This document shows, one piece after another, positions 28,126-38,388 of a DNA stretch of 64,000 nucleotides (positions are counted from its first letter, which is position 1; each line of letters opens with the position of its first letter). Source of the stretch: Candidatus Bathyarchaeia archaeon (GTDB lineage Archaea > Thermoproteota > Bathyarchaeia > Bathyarchaeales > Bathycorpusculaceae). The notes under the pieces were generated by a model. The model was given only the letters and a program-made list of their open reading frames with translations, was not told the origin of the DNA and made no database searches. Position numbers and translations under genes: made by a program. The DNA is taken from contig JAVYWL010000001.1 in assembly GCA_038727135.1 (NCBI GenBank), forward strand, positions 160,001 to 224,000. The letters run 5' to 3'.

Positions 28126-29037
28126 TCATTTAACTACATTTTTGTGCATAAATTTCCAGACGTGTTTGACCTCGAAGCCCAAATTTTTCAGAAGCGTAAC
28201 CGAAGGCTTGTTCTGCTCATTTGTGTGAAGCGCTACGGAGTCCATTCCCTTTTCGTAGAGGAAGTTCATGGCGCGGCGGGTTAGAGCCGAAGCCAAATTC
28301 CGCCCTCTATATTCTGACAGTGTCACGGCTGGTCCAAGGTAGCCTCTTCTGGCTTTAAAGAGCTTGTTGTATTCCGTGTCCGGTCTGGAAGCCACTGCTG
28401 AAACTATTTTGCCGTCTATCTCAGCTACGTGAATCCAGCTCTCATCAAAAGGCGGGTGCTCGGCTTTCCACTCGGCTATGAAGCCTTCCCTAAGCCTTTC
28501 CCAGCCATACCCCGTGTTTACAGTTTCGATTAGGGCTTTCTCCTCGTCTGGTCTTAGGCTTCTGATAATTGTGCCTTCTGGAACTGGCGGCAAGGGTTTT
28601 ACGCCGTCCAATTTTGCAACCATGTGATAGAATCCATCTTCGGCTTTGTAGCCCCGTTCAATCCAAAAACGCATTTTGGGGCTGTCGGCGTCAACCCTTA
28701 CAGAAATGTCAGAGCCACTAACCCGTTTTTCCACTTCGCTGACAAGCATTTCCTCGACAACTTGTTGGTGTGGACCTTTCGAAGAGGCTAGCCATTCGAT
28801 GTGTTCGCCGTGATGTCCCGCGTGGAGGGCTATGCATCCCAAGATTTCGCTGTCCCCTTTTGCAACTAGAACCGTTAGGTTTCGTTCCTCAATTTCTTTC
28901 AGAAGTTTCTCAACAGTGTATGGGATAAACTCGTAGGAGCTGGAATACTCCTCATTAAGCAGCTTAACCAGGCTGGCAATGTCTTCACGTGTGAAAGCCG
29001 CAATTTTCAAATCCATAACAGTTCTTGACAAGAGCAA
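28126..29037 (-). CDS. Tandem GNAT acetyltransferase
   Basis: EYRGRNLASAL, N.PS..L...LGF. Confidence 0.85.
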   Translation of the reverse strand: MLLSRTVMDLKIAAFTREDIASLVKLLNEEYSSSYEFIPYTVEKLLKEIEERNLTVLVAKGDSEILGCIALHAGHHGEHIEWLASSKGPHQQVVEEMLVSEVEKRVSGSDISVRVDADSPKMRFWIERGYKAEDGFYHMVAKLDGVKPLPPVPEGTIIRSLRPDEEKALIETVNTGYGWERLREGFIAEWKAEHPPFDESWIHVAEIDGKIVSAVASRPDTEYNKLFKARRGYLGPAVTLSEYRGRNLASALTRRAMNFLYEKGMDSVALHTNEQNKPSVTLLKNLGFEVKHVWKFMHKNVVK

Positions 29038-29316
29038 GGCTAGAAATAAACATTACCTAGGCTCGGCAATGAAGCCTTTCATATTTAAAAACTTTTTCAG
29101 CTTTTACGCTCTTTAACGGGAAAGTTTTCTCCCCTTTAAAGATGGAATGCCTTTAAATGGAGTGTTTTAAAGTTATAGTTTTTGTTCGGTTGCCAACGCT
29201 TCTAAAATATTTGAAAATTCTCGCCATCCTCTTTTTGATTAGCACTGAATTTTGTTTATTGGTGGCTTTGGTTTTTGCTGATGTTTACATTTTTGTTGCA
29301 TAAAGTTTAAAAAGTC

Positions 29317-29365
29317 ACACTACATTTAGTGCTTGGAGATAAAAGTTAAACACTATATATTGAAG
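29317..29365 (+). promoter_or_regulatory. Tandem NrdR boxes
   Basis: ACACTACATTTAGTGC (29317-29332) and ACACTATATATTGAAG (29350-29365), 33 bp apart, just downstream of TTTAAAAA (29306-29313). Confidence 0.8.
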
Positions 29366-29386
29366 CACGCGACGCAGAGTGAAGCC

Positions 29387-29830
29387 ATGAAGTGCCCCTA
29401 CTGCGGCTCGGAAAACATAAAAACCCTTGAGACGAGGGACTCGCCAGACAACACCATAAGAAGGCGCAAAGAATGCGTCAGCTGTGGGAAGCGCTTCACA
29501 ACATACGAGTACATAGAAACCATTGAGCTGATGGTTCGGAAACGTGACGGAAGACTTGAACGCTTCGACCTAAACAAAATCGTTAGAGGCTTGCAAAAAG
29601 CATGCGAGAAAAGACCAGTGACAATGGAGCAGATTCACGCCTTAGCCGAAAAGGTTAGGCAGGAACTGATGGCTATGGGCAAGGAGGAAGTCACTTCACA
29701 GGAAATTGGCGACTTAGTGATGAAGCACTTGAAAAGCCTTGACCGTGTAGCCTATGTGCGCTTCGCATCCGTATACCGCAGGTTTGAGGAGCCGGAGGAC
29801 TTCCGTCGCGTGCTTCAAGAGGTTAGGTGA
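29387..29830 (+). CDS. nrdR: Transcriptional repressor NrdR
   Basis: MKCPYCG, RRRKEC..CGKRFTTYE, ATP cone, VAYVRFASVY. Confidence 0.95.
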   Translation: MKCPYCGSENIKTLETRDSPDNTIRRRKECVSCGKRFTTYEYIETIELMVRKRDGRLERFDLNKIVRGLQKACEKRPVTMEQIHALAEKVRQELMAMGKEEVTSQEIGDLVMKHLKSLDRVAYVRFASVYRRFEEPEDFRRVLQEVR

Positions 29831-29837
29831 AGCTGAA

Positions 29838-31973
29838 ATGAAGTTTGTTAGGAAGCGGGATGGTAGGTTAGAACCCTTCGACCAAGAGCGGATAACAAAC
29901 GCCATTTGGAAGGCGGCAAAAGCCGTAGGCGGAAAAGACCGCGAACTTGCCAAGCGGCTAAGCGATCAAGTGGTGGCTGAGCTTAAAAGGCGCTTCGGGG
30001 AAGACGGCGTCCCAACGGTTGAGGAAATCCAAGACGTTGTAGAAAAAATCCTCATAGAGAATGGACATGCAAGAACAGCTAAGGCTTACATCCTCTATCG
30101 TAAACAGCACCAGGACATAAGGGAGTTGGCTGGACTCCTAAGCCAAGCAGACCTTGTGGACCAATACCTTGACATGGAAGACTGGAGGGTTAAGGAAAAC
30201 TCCAACATGAGCTACTCGCTGCAAGGCTTAAACAACTACCTATCATCCACAGTTATCGCTAAATACTGGATAACCCGCATCTACCCGCCAAACATTGCAG
30301 ACGCTCATTTCTCTGGAGACATGCATATTCACGACCTAGGCGTTTTGGGGCCTTACTGCGTGGGCTGGGACATTAAAGACTTACTTTTAACAGGTTTCGG
30401 CGGGGTCCCTGGAAAAATTGAGAGTGTTCCAGCTAAACACTTTAGAACAGCCCTTGGACAAGTGGTGAACTTCTTTTACACATTGCAGGGTGAGGCTGCG
30501 GGAGCCCAAGCCTTCTCAAACTTTGACACTTATTTGGCGCCCTTCATACGTTATGACGGACTTAGCCAGAAAGAGGTGGAGCAGTCGCTTCAGGAGTTCT
30601 TTTTCAACATGAACGTGCCAACACGGGTGGGCTTCCAGACGCCCTTCACAAACGTCACATTGGACTTGAAGGTTCCAGAATTCATGAAGGATGAGCCAGT
30701 AATAATTGGCGGAAAGGTCATGGACGCCACTTACGGCGACATGGAAAAGGAGATGGAGATGTTCAACATTGCCTTTGCAAAGGTTCTCGGCGAGGGCGAC
30801 GCCAAAGGAAGAGTATTCACGTTTCCAATACCAACTTACTGTATAACGAAGGATTTTGACTGGGATTCGCCGGTTTCCCAGAAAATCTTTGAGGTGGCAG
30901 CCAAGTATGGGGCGCCATACTTCTCAAACTTTGTTAACAGCGACATGAAACCAGAAGACGTCCGAAGCATGTGCTGCCGCCTACGCATAGACAACCGCGA
31001 ACTTCGAAAGCGTGGTGGAGGTTTCTTCGGGGCTAACCCTTTGACCGGCAGCATAGGCGTTGTAACCCTAAACCTCCCAAGGATTGGCTACCTAGCCAAA
31101 AACGAGGACGAATTCTTCGAGCGTTTAGAGACGCTCATGGAGCTGGCAAAAGACAGTCTAGAGATAAAGCGCAAGGTCTTAGAGCAGTTCACGGAGAAGG
31201 GTTTGTATCCGTATTCTAGGCGTTATCTTAGGGGTGTTAAGGAGACCTTTGGAAAGTACTGGAAGAACCACTTCTCAACAATAGGCTTGGTGGGCATGAA
31301 CGAGGCTATACTGAACTTGTTTGGCTATGGAATTGCAACACCAGACGGACTGGAGTTCGCCGTAAAAGTGCTGAACTTCATGAGAGAGAAACTCGCAGAC
31401 TTTCAAGAGGAGACTGGCAACATTTACAATTTAGAGGCAACGCCCGCAGAAGGCGCCAGCTATAGGCTGGCACGAATAGACAAGCGCAAATACCCAGACA
31501 TAATAGTGGCTAATGAAAAGTATTTGGCTAGGGGCGCGGAACCCTTCTACACGAACTCCTCCCAGCTCCCAGTGGACCACGAGGCAGACTTGTTTGAGGC
31601 TTTGGAGCATCAGGATAGGCTTCAGACGCTTTACACTGGCGGAACAGTCTTCCACATTTATCTTGGCGAGAGGCTCTACTCGTGGAGGGCTGCAGCCGAG
31701 CTGGTTCGAAAAGTGGCTTGGAACTTCCGCCTACCATACTTCACATTAACGCCAACCTTCAGCATATGCCCGACCCACGGCTACTTGAGCGGCGAGCATA
31801 GGCAGTGTCCAAAATGCGGGGCCAACTGCGAAGTCTACTCAAGAGTTGTTGGCTACCTACGCCCAGTAGACCAGTGGAACGACGGCAAACAAGCCGAATT
31901 CACCATCAGAAAAACCTTTGAGAAAGCCGCTGTCTTGCCACCAGCAACAGTGTCAGCAGGCGGCGGCGAGTGA
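29838..31973 (+). CDS. nrdD: Anaerobic (class III) ribonucleoside-triphosphate reductase
   Basis: ATP cone, HIHDL, SMCCRL, EATPAEG, YSRVVGYLRP glycyl loop. Confidence 0.95.
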   Translation: MKFVRKRDGRLEPFDQERITNAIWKAAKAVGGKDRELAKRLSDQVVAELKRRFGEDGVPTVEEIQDVVEKILIENGHARTAKAYILYRKQHQDIRELAGLLSQADLVDQYLDMEDWRVKENSNMSYSLQGLNNYLSSTVIAKYWITRIYPPNIADAHFSGDMHIHDLGVLGPYCVGWDIKDLLLTGFGGVPGKIESVPAKHFRTALGQVVNFFYTLQGEAAGAQAFSNFDTYLAPFIRYDGLSQKEVEQSLQEFFFNMNVPTRVGFQTPFTNVTLDLKVPEFMKDEPVIIGGKVMDATYGDMEKEMEMFNIAFAKVLGEGDAKGRVFTFPIPTYCITKDFDWDSPVSQKIFEVAAKYGAPYFSNFVNSDMKPEDVRSMCCRLRIDNRELRKRGGGFFGANPLTGSIGVVTLNLPRIGYLAKNEDEFFERLETLMELAKDSLEIKRKVLEQFTEKGLYPYSRRYLRGVKETFGKYWKNHFSTIGLVGMNEAILNLFGYGIATPDGLEFAVKVLNFMREKLADFQEETGNIYNLEATPAEGASYRLARIDKRKYPDIIVANEKYLARGAEPFYTNSSQLPVDHEADLFEALEHQDRLQTLYTGGTVFHIYLGERLYSWRAAAELVRKVAWNFRLPYFTLTPTFSICPTHGYLSGEHRQCPKCGANCEVYSRVVGYLRPVDQWNDGKQAEFTIRKTFEKAAVLPPATVSAGGGE

Positions 31974-31980
31974 CCCAACC

Positions 31981-32658
31981 ATGAAGTTCAGCGGCATACA
32001 AAAAACTAGCCTAATAGACTATCCCGAAAAAATAGCCTCCGTGCTTTTTACGCCAGGCTGTAACATGCGCTGTCCCTACTGTTATAACTGGCGAATAGTT
32101 GTCGACCCTAAACCCCCATTCTTAAACGAGGAGACAGCCCTCCAAATACTGGATGAACGCAGAAAATATGTGGACGCCGTCGTCGTCACCGGTGGGGAGC
32201 CAACCATCCATAAGGAGCTGCCCCGCTTCCTTAAAAAGCTGAAGGAGCGAGGCTTCGCAGTAAAACTTGACACTAACGGCTTAAACCCCACAGTTTTGGA
32301 GCAGTGCCTCCCCTACGTGGATTACGTGGCTTTGGACATTAAAACATCGCCGGAAAAATACCACCTTCTAGGGGCAAAAGACACGGCGGCGCTCCTAAAA
32401 ACCATCGAAATATTGAGAAGCGGCAAAATAGAATACGAGTTCAGAACCACCGTTGTGCCAAAAATTGTGGAAGAAGCAGACGTAATCCGCATGGGCGAAA
32501 CCGCGAAAGGCGCAAAAACCTATGCACTACAACAGTTTATACCAGGCGACACACTAAGCGAAGAATACAAAAACCTAAAACCATACCCGCCAGATGTCAT
32601 TGCTGGGTTTGCCGAAACCTTGAGAAAATACGTGGAGAATGTTGTTCTCCGCGTTTAG
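31981..32658 (+). CDS. nrdG: Class III RNR activase (radical SAM)
   Basis: GCNMRCPYCYN, TGGEPT, DTNG. Confidence 0.92.
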   Translation: MKFSGIQKTSLIDYPEKIASVLFTPGCNMRCPYCYNWRIVVDPKPPFLNEETALQILDERRKYVDAVVVTGGEPTIHKELPRFLKKLKERGFAVKLDTNGLNPTVLEQCLPYVDYVALDIKTSPEKYHLLGAKDTAALLKTIEILRSGKIEYEFRTTVVPKIVEEADVIRMGETAKGAKTYALQQFIPGDTLSEEYKNLKPYPPDVIAGFAETLRKYVENVVLRV

Positions 32659-32675
32659 AAAAATGAGGAAGCGGG

Positions 32676-34049
32676 CTAGTAGGCTGATACGCCTACGAAG
32701 CGCAGTTTTTTCAGCTTAACCATCGGCACTGTTGAGGTTTCAAGGGTTACAAGCTCTTTTCCAATCATTGGAATTTCCTTTAAAGCCGAAAGCATGCTGT
32801 CTGTGAAGCGCAAATTAACAATGGGTTTTGTTATTTCGCCATTCTCTATTAGGAAGGTTCCGTCTCGTGTCAGCCCCGTCAATACAAGTTTTGTGGGCTC
32901 GACTGGGTTGACGTAGTGGAAGGTTGTGACGAATATGCCATGCTTTGTTTCGGCAATTGCCTCCTCCAAAGCGGCGTCTCCGGGCTTCATTATCATGTTG
33001 TAGGGCAGTGGCATCTCGCCGAAATAGTCGCCTAATGGCGGAAGCGCATGCCCAGTGCTTTTCTTTCCTTCTCTTCCCGCCGTGAAAGAGTTGTAGCATA
33101 TGCTTTTCTCTGAAACTACGCCATTGGTTATGAGTTCTAGGGGTTTCTTGGGAACTCCTTCGCCGTCAACCGGCACAGCGTAAAGCGTCTTCGGGTTTCT
33201 GGCGTCATCAACAACGTTCAGCTTGCTATCAAAGACTTGCTGGTTTGCCACATATTTGACGAAGGACTGCCCATCCTGGTAGGATTTGGCTGAAAAGCCC
33301 ACATAACCCATATACTCTAGAAGAACGGATACAGCCAAGGGCGACAAAACAACCTCATACTCGCCGGGCTCAACCTTCACCGGGTGTAGGCTACGAACAG
33401 ACTTATCGGCGGCGTCTTCTGCCAAAGTTTTTGGCTCAATGTCTTTAATCCGCCTAGAATATTGTTGTGCTGCGCCGAAGCCTTCGGATTCCCCGTCTTT
33501 GGAAATAACTGTAGTCTTCATGTAAGCCAAGGAAAGCTGAGCCCATGCTGAAACCCCTAGTGAGTTTGCAACAGCATAGCCCAATGAACCAGTTGATAAG
33601 TATCCAGCAACGGCAGCCACTTTGGGCGACTTAGCGTGGGCTGTGTTTATGGCTTCCCTAACTCTTTCAGCCCTATGTTTCGGCGTGCACTCGGCTGTCT
33701 CCTTGTCAAAGGCTCCTCGCACTGGTTTCCAAGCCTCTGGTTCTGGAAGACTCTTAAACTCCTTGTTGGGCGAAGAAGCCTTTGCAATTTTGACGGCTTG
33801 CTCCACAGCCTCCCTTATGCCCTTTTCCTCAAGAGTATTAGCTTGAACAGTGCTTATCCGCTGATCTAAAACAACCTTGATGGATACACCGCCCATTTTT
33901 TGGGCAACGTTCTGATGAATCTGCGAGTTTGCAAAGCGTGTTAAGGCATTGTCAATCACGAACGCCACAGCTTGGGCTTGGCTAACTTTCTGTTTTAACG
34001 CATACTCAACAGTTTTTTCGGCTATTTCCCTCAACCTTTCAACATCCAT
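32676..34049 (-). CDS. tldE: TldE/PmbA family protein
   Basis: RFANSQIHQN, DGEGVP, STGHA; no HExxH. Confidence 0.85.
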   Translation of the reverse strand: MDVERLREIAEKTVEYALKQKVSQAQAVAFVIDNALTRFANSQIHQNVAQKMGGVSIKVVLDQRISTVQANTLEEKGIREAVEQAVKIAKASSPNKEFKSLPEPEAWKPVRGAFDKETAECTPKHRAERVREAINTAHAKSPKVAAVAGYLSTGSLGYAVANSLGVSAWAQLSLAYMKTTVISKDGESEGFGAAQQYSRRIKDIEPKTLAEDAADKSVRSLHPVKVEPGEYEVVLSPLAVSVLLEYMGYVGFSAKSYQDGQSFVKYVANQQVFDSKLNVVDDARNPKTLYAVPVDGEGVPKKPLELITNGVVSEKSICYNSFTAGREGKKSTGHALPPLGDYFGEMPLPYNMIMKPGDAALEEAIAETKHGIFVTTFHYVNPVEPTKLVLTGLTRDGTFLIENGEITKPIVNLRFTDSMLSALKEIPMIGKELVTLETSTVPMVKLKKLRFVGVSAY

Positions 34050-34065
34050 TCTCCATCCTCTCCTC

Positions 34066-35514
34066 TTACCTTATTAATCCAACACGGACCTTTCTGAAGC
34101 GGGCAGTGCCACATCCATGCCCAACATACATGACTTGTCCCGGCACGCCTTTGCCACAGTTTGGAGTGCCCCACATCTTCCAGTCATCCCTGCTTACGGC
34201 GTCGCATGAACCCCAGAACTGGGGCGTCACCCCCATATAAGTTGGATTTTTAACCATTTTCTCGCGGCTCCCATTTTTTATCAGCCAGCCTATTTCTGTG
34301 CCGAACTGGAAGTTTATGCGCTTATCATCTATGCTCCATGAACGGTTCGTCATCATCAAAACCCCTTCGCGAGTATCCTCAACTATTTCTTCAGCCTTGT
34401 AGTCGCCAGGAAGCAAGTTAATGTTGGTCATACGGATTAGGGGCAAAGCCAAGGGCGAATCAGCCCTCATGCCTCCGCTGCTCTCCTTAAGCCCAAGCTG
34501 GGCAGCCGTCTCCCGCGAACTCTGATAGCCCACAAAGACGCCTTCCTTAACGAGGTAAACCTTTTTCGCTTTTGTCCCCTCATCATCGAAGCCGAAAGTT
34601 CCAAGCCCCAGCGGCACAGTGGCGTCAGCCACAATATTCACCTTTTCAGAGCCATAACGGAATCTTCCAAGCTTTTCAGGCGTTAAGAAGCTTGTCCCAG
34701 CATAGTCCGCCTCTGTTCCTAGCACACGGTCAAGCTCTGTTGGATGTCCACAACTCTCATGAATCTGCAAAGCCAACTGGTCACCGCATAAGATTAGGTC
34801 CATCTCGCCGGATGGGCACTTCTCAGCCTCGAAAAGTTGGATAAGCTCCTCCCCAACAGTTTTTGCATGGTCCATTAGGGCTAAAGACTCGAAAAACTCG
34901 TAGCCGCAGGTGGCAAAGTCGCCGCGGAAAGCCGATGGATAAGACCTCACTTGGACTTCTGATCCTTTAACAGCTATGGCTGATATTCCGCCGCCACACC
35001 ATGTTATCTGCTGGTTTATTTCTGCGCCTTCACTGCTCATGAAAAGCTTGTCTTCACGGTAACCCCTATAATGGGCGTAGGAAACATTCACCAAGGGCGA
35101 AAAATCCTTCAAGAAGCGGCTAGCCTCAACAAGAACCTTCAGCTTTTCCTCTAACGGCACTTTAAACGGGTCCTTCTTGAAGCTTGTGGCATACTTCTCG
35201 CGGTAAACCTTCTCCTTCACTAGGGTTACGTCCCTTTTTTTAAGCATGGCACTGGCTTTGGCTATGCTAACAGCCTTCTCAACACAACGCCTAATCTCAT
35301 CCCTTGTTATGTCCACCGAGCCAGCAAAACCCCAGGCGCCGTCAACTATGACTCTTACACCGAAACCCCTAATCTGTGAATAGGAAATTGTTTCTGGTTC
35401 ACCGTTTTTGACTGTCAAGTTCTCGTTTAGGATTTCGCAGATTCTAATGTCAGCGTAGGATGCACCCCTCTTGCTAGCCTCTTCAAGGGCTAACCTTCCA
35501 AAATCAACAGCCAT
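34066..35514 (-). CDS. tldD: TldD metalloprotease
   Basis: HESCGH, FDDEG, RMTN, CGKG. Confidence 0.92.
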   Translation of the reverse strand: MAVDFGRLALEEASKRGASYADIRICEILNENLTVKNGEPETISYSQIRGFGVRVIVDGAWGFAGSVDITRDEIRRCVEKAVSIAKASAMLKKRDVTLVKEKVYREKYATSFKKDPFKVPLEEKLKVLVEASRFLKDFSPLVNVSYAHYRGYREDKLFMSSEGAEINQQITWCGGGISAIAVKGSEVQVRSYPSAFRGDFATCGYEFFESLALMDHAKTVGEELIQLFEAEKCPSGEMDLILCGDQLALQIHESCGHPTELDRVLGTEADYAGTSFLTPEKLGRFRYGSEKVNIVADATVPLGLGTFGFDDEGTKAKKVYLVKEGVFVGYQSSRETAAQLGLKESSGGMRADSPLALPLIRMTNINLLPGDYKAEEIVEDTREGVLMMTNRSWSIDDKRINFQFGTEIGWLIKNGSREKMVKNPTYMGVTPQFWGSCDAVSRDDWKMWGTPNCGKGVPGQVMYVGHGCGTARFRKVRVGLIR

Positions 35515-35647
35515 CTCCCGACACCTCATCCAGCCTAGAACAGTTAAATATGCAAGGCTTGGTTTTAAGCTTTGGCAAAGCGCAAAGTTTAAAGGTTCAA
35601 CCCGTTAAGGATTCGAATGCTCAGTTCAGATATGAGAGGTTTAACAG

Positions 35648-36199
35648 TTGAGTGTTGAGGAAGAAACCCTAGAAGAACGTAAAGCTAAAATTCTAATCAA
35701 GCTTAGGGGTTACAAACTCATCAAAAAGGAAAAAGTCAAAGAAATAGCTAGCTACGTTGTCGAAGCCCCAAAAGAGGAGAAAAAGAAAATCCTAATATGG
35801 TGTGTTCCAGATGAAACCGTTGGCATACTAACCATAAACCGCATGGCAAAAGCCATGAAAGAAGCTGAAATAGAACACGGAATCCTAATAGCAAGCGGCC
35901 GCTACACCAACGCCGCAAAACAAACAGCAAAGAAAAAGCATATAGAGCTTCTGCCAAAAACCTTCCCAGTCTTCGATATATTCGAGCACAAGCTCGTGCC
36001 AAAACACGAAATCCTAACGCCCGAAGAACGAGAAAAAGTCCTAGCCCAATATAGGGTAAAACCATACCAGCTACCCCAAATAAAGGCTTCAGACCCGGCG
36101 GCAAAAGCCATAGGCGCAAAACCAGGCGACATACTGCGAATAATCCGTAAAAGCCCAACAGCAGGCGAACACATAGCTTACAGATACGTAGTAGAATAA
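35648..36199 (+). CDS. rpoH: RNA polymerase subunit Rpo5/H with N-terminal RPB5-like domain
   Basis: C-terminal [10 protein letters not shown]...QLPQI..SDP...[14 protein letters not shown]...YRYV plus ~105-aa N-terminal domain. Confidence 0.92.
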   Translation: MSVEEETLEERKAKILIKLRGYKLIKKEKVKEIASYVVEAPKEEKKKILIWCVPDETVGILTINRMAKAMKEAEIEHGILIASGRYTNAAKQTAKKKHIELLPKTFPVFDIFEHKLVPKHEILTPEEREKVLAQYRVKPYQLPQIKASDPAAKAIGAKPGDILRIIRKSPTAGEHIAYRYVVE

Positions 36200-36218
36200 T
36201 GCACAGAAGTACTTTCTT

Positions 36219-36557
36219 TTATTGGCTAATTTCTGCAAGCACCTTGTCCAGTAGGTTTTCTACACGTCTATACTCTTCTAGAAGCTCTTTTCCAAAACTT
36301 GTGAGTTTTGCGCCGCCCCCGCCCTCTCGCCCTCCCCTGTAAGTTTCTATTATCGGCTTTTCCAGCGTCTTCTCAACTCTTTTTATGTAGCTCCAAACAT
36401 AGCGATAAGACATGCCAAGCTTTTTAGCGGCTTTTGATATGGAGTGCTCCTTTTCTATTTGTTCTAGGATTTGGGCGCCACCCTTGCCTATTAGAGGTTT
36501 TCCATGATGTTCCAGCCATATTTTGAAAGATAGCGTGTGTTTTTTCTGGTTTTGCAT
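36219..36557 (-). CDS. ModE-type winged-helix regulator (N-terminal domain only)
   Basis: SISKAAKKLGMSYRYVW...RGG..GGGAKLT. Confidence 0.85.
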   Translation of the reverse strand: MQNQKKHTLSFKIWLEHHGKPLIGKGGAQILEQIEKEHSISKAAKKLGMSYRYVWSYIKRVEKTLEKPIIETYRGGREGGGGAKLTSFGKELLEEYRRVENLLDKVLAEISQ

Positions 36558-36602
36558 TTTGTTTTGATATTTGCCACGTTAGGTTTATAAGCTTATTTCG
36601 AT

Positions 36603-37436
36603 ATGAATAATGAAACACAACGAGGAGGAAACAACATAAACAAAGAAACACCGCTATCCACGAGCAAAATTTCAGCAGCTTTTGTATTTGGCATTCTTTT
36701 AGGCGCAGCGGCTGGACTAATAGGCGTAGGCGGAGGCGAGTTCAGAACACCCATACTGCTCTATGTTATTGGGCTCCCAGTGGTAACAGCCATAGCCGTA
36801 AACCTACTCGTTGGCTTACTAACAGTAATTGTCTCCTTTTTTAGGCGTTTCCAGCTGGGCTTGTTAAATGGGCACAGCGTCAACATAGCCCTAACCATGT
36901 CTATAACATCAATTATCGGAGCCTATGTTGGAGCAATTTTAACGGATAAGATTCCAGAAAAACCGTTGAAGAGGCTTTTGGCAGCCTTCCTCATAATTGT
37001 CGGCTTAAAAATTGGGCTTGAACCCTTCATCCAAACACCATTCGCGTTCACCATCACCCTTGATTTCCTAGAAGAAATCTTATTAGCAGCTCTCATTGGT
37101 TTGGTGATAGGAATCATTTCCGGAACCCTCGGGGTTGCTGGCGGCGAATTCCGAATTCCAGCCCTCATATACGTTTTCAGCCTAGACATAGTTGCAGCTG
37201 GAACAGCCAGTCTCCTAGTTTCTATACCGACAGTGGCTTCTGGCTTTTTTAAGCATCATAACATGGGGCACATGAACAGAAGCGCCACAATAATAGCTAT
37301 AGCCATGGGCATAGGCTCAGTGTTAGGAGCTTTTATAGGCGCATCCTACGCTGGAGTTGTGGAAAAGGAAATCCTAAAAGTGCTGCTCGGCACAATCCTA
37401 ATTTTAGCAACCGTCAGGATGGTAACAGAACCCTAA
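36603..37436 (+). CDS. TauE/SafE family exporter
   Basis: Duplicated G..GVGGG / GVAGG motifs, multiple TM. Confidence 0.85.
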   Translation: MNNETQRGGNNINKETPLSTSKISAAFVFGILLGAAAGLIGVGGGEFRTPILLYVIGLPVVTAIAVNLLVGLLTVIVSFFRRFQLGLLNGHSVNIALTMSITSIIGAYVGAILTDKIPEKPLKRLLAAFLIIVGLKIGLEPFIQTPFAFTITLDFLEEILLAALIGLVIGIISGTLGVAGGEFRIPALIYVFSLDIVAAGTASLLVSIPTVASGFFKHHNMGHMNRSATIIAIAMGIGSVLGAFIGASYAGVVEKEILKVLLGTILILATVRMVTEP

Positions 37437-37660
37437 GGGCTAACACCTTTCCTTTCATTTTTCAGCTCGTATAGGATTACCAACGCTTCGCCTAGGGGGA
37501 TGCCAAGTCTAGATGCAAGCTCGGTAGGCGTAATATCCGGCTTTTCATGAAGCAGAACATCCCTCGTGTAAGCTTTATGATGAGGATACATGACCATGGC
37601 GTGAACAGTCTCCACAAGTATAGGCCAAAGCTTCTCTTTGGCGTATTCTTCAAGACTCAT
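37433..37660 (-). CDS. Small hypothetical protein (HTH-like)
   Basis: ITPTELASRLGIPLGEA. Confidence 0.6.
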   Translation of the reverse strand: MSLEEYAKEKLWPILVETVHAMVMYPHHKAYTRDVLLHEKPDITPTELASRLGIPLGEALVILYELKNERKGVSP

Positions 37661-37702
37661 AACCCATCATAAAGGAATATACGCGAAGGTTGGTTATTCA
37701 GT

Positions 37703-38260
37703 TTACTCTCCAGAGCCACCGACGTCTTGGGGCTTCCTTCCAAACTCCTCAAAGCTTACAACTTTTTCTATGGGTTTACGGCGCCTAACAAGGTGAAGCA
37801 CTTTGCCCGTTAAGTCAAATTTCTCCCTTGGATAGCCCAACGCTAACAAAGCCACAACACGGTAGTTTTCCGGAATTTTCAGTAATTCGCGCACTTGGCT
37901 TTCATCGAAGCTTCCAACCCAGCATGTTCCAAGACCCATGCCTGTGGCTGTCAAAACCATGTTTTGCATGGCTATGGCAACATCCACCATAAACCATTTG
38001 GGAGAAGCCTTCTGGTTGCCACAACCAACAATGACAACAGGCGCCTCTTTGAGAAATTTTGCAAACATGCCTTGGGCAAGCCTCTCCCGTTTTTCAGCAT
38101 CAGTAACGACTACGAAGTGCCAAGGCTGAATGTTACCGGCTGAAGGCGCAAGCCTACCAGCCTCTAAAACCCGCATAATCTTATCTATTGGAACGGGTGT
38201 TGACTCATAGGCTCTTATTGAGCGCCTCTTCTGAACAGCCTCAAAAACTTCCATGCCCAT
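37703..38260 (-). CDS. Nitroreductase family protein
   Basis: RRSIRAY, APSAGNIQPW, GLGTCW. Confidence 0.92.
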   Translation of the reverse strand: MGMEVFEAVQKRRSIRAYESTPVPIDKIMRVLEAGRLAPSAGNIQPWHFVVVTDAEKRERLAQGMFAKFLKEAPVVIVGCGNQKASPKWFMVDVAIAMQNMVLTATGMGLGTCWVGSFDESQVRELLKIPENYRVVALLALGYPREKFDLTGKVLHLVRRRKPIEKVVSFEEFGRKPQDVGGSGE

Positions 38261-38388
38261 GGAACTGCCACACCGAGAAAAGATAGGGCGCATATAGGAT
38301 AAGTTTTGCTGAAATCTGCCTAAACAATTCTCGGTAAAGTTTATTTCCAGCGAAGCTTTTAGGCTACAAATTCAAAAGGGCTAGAGCG

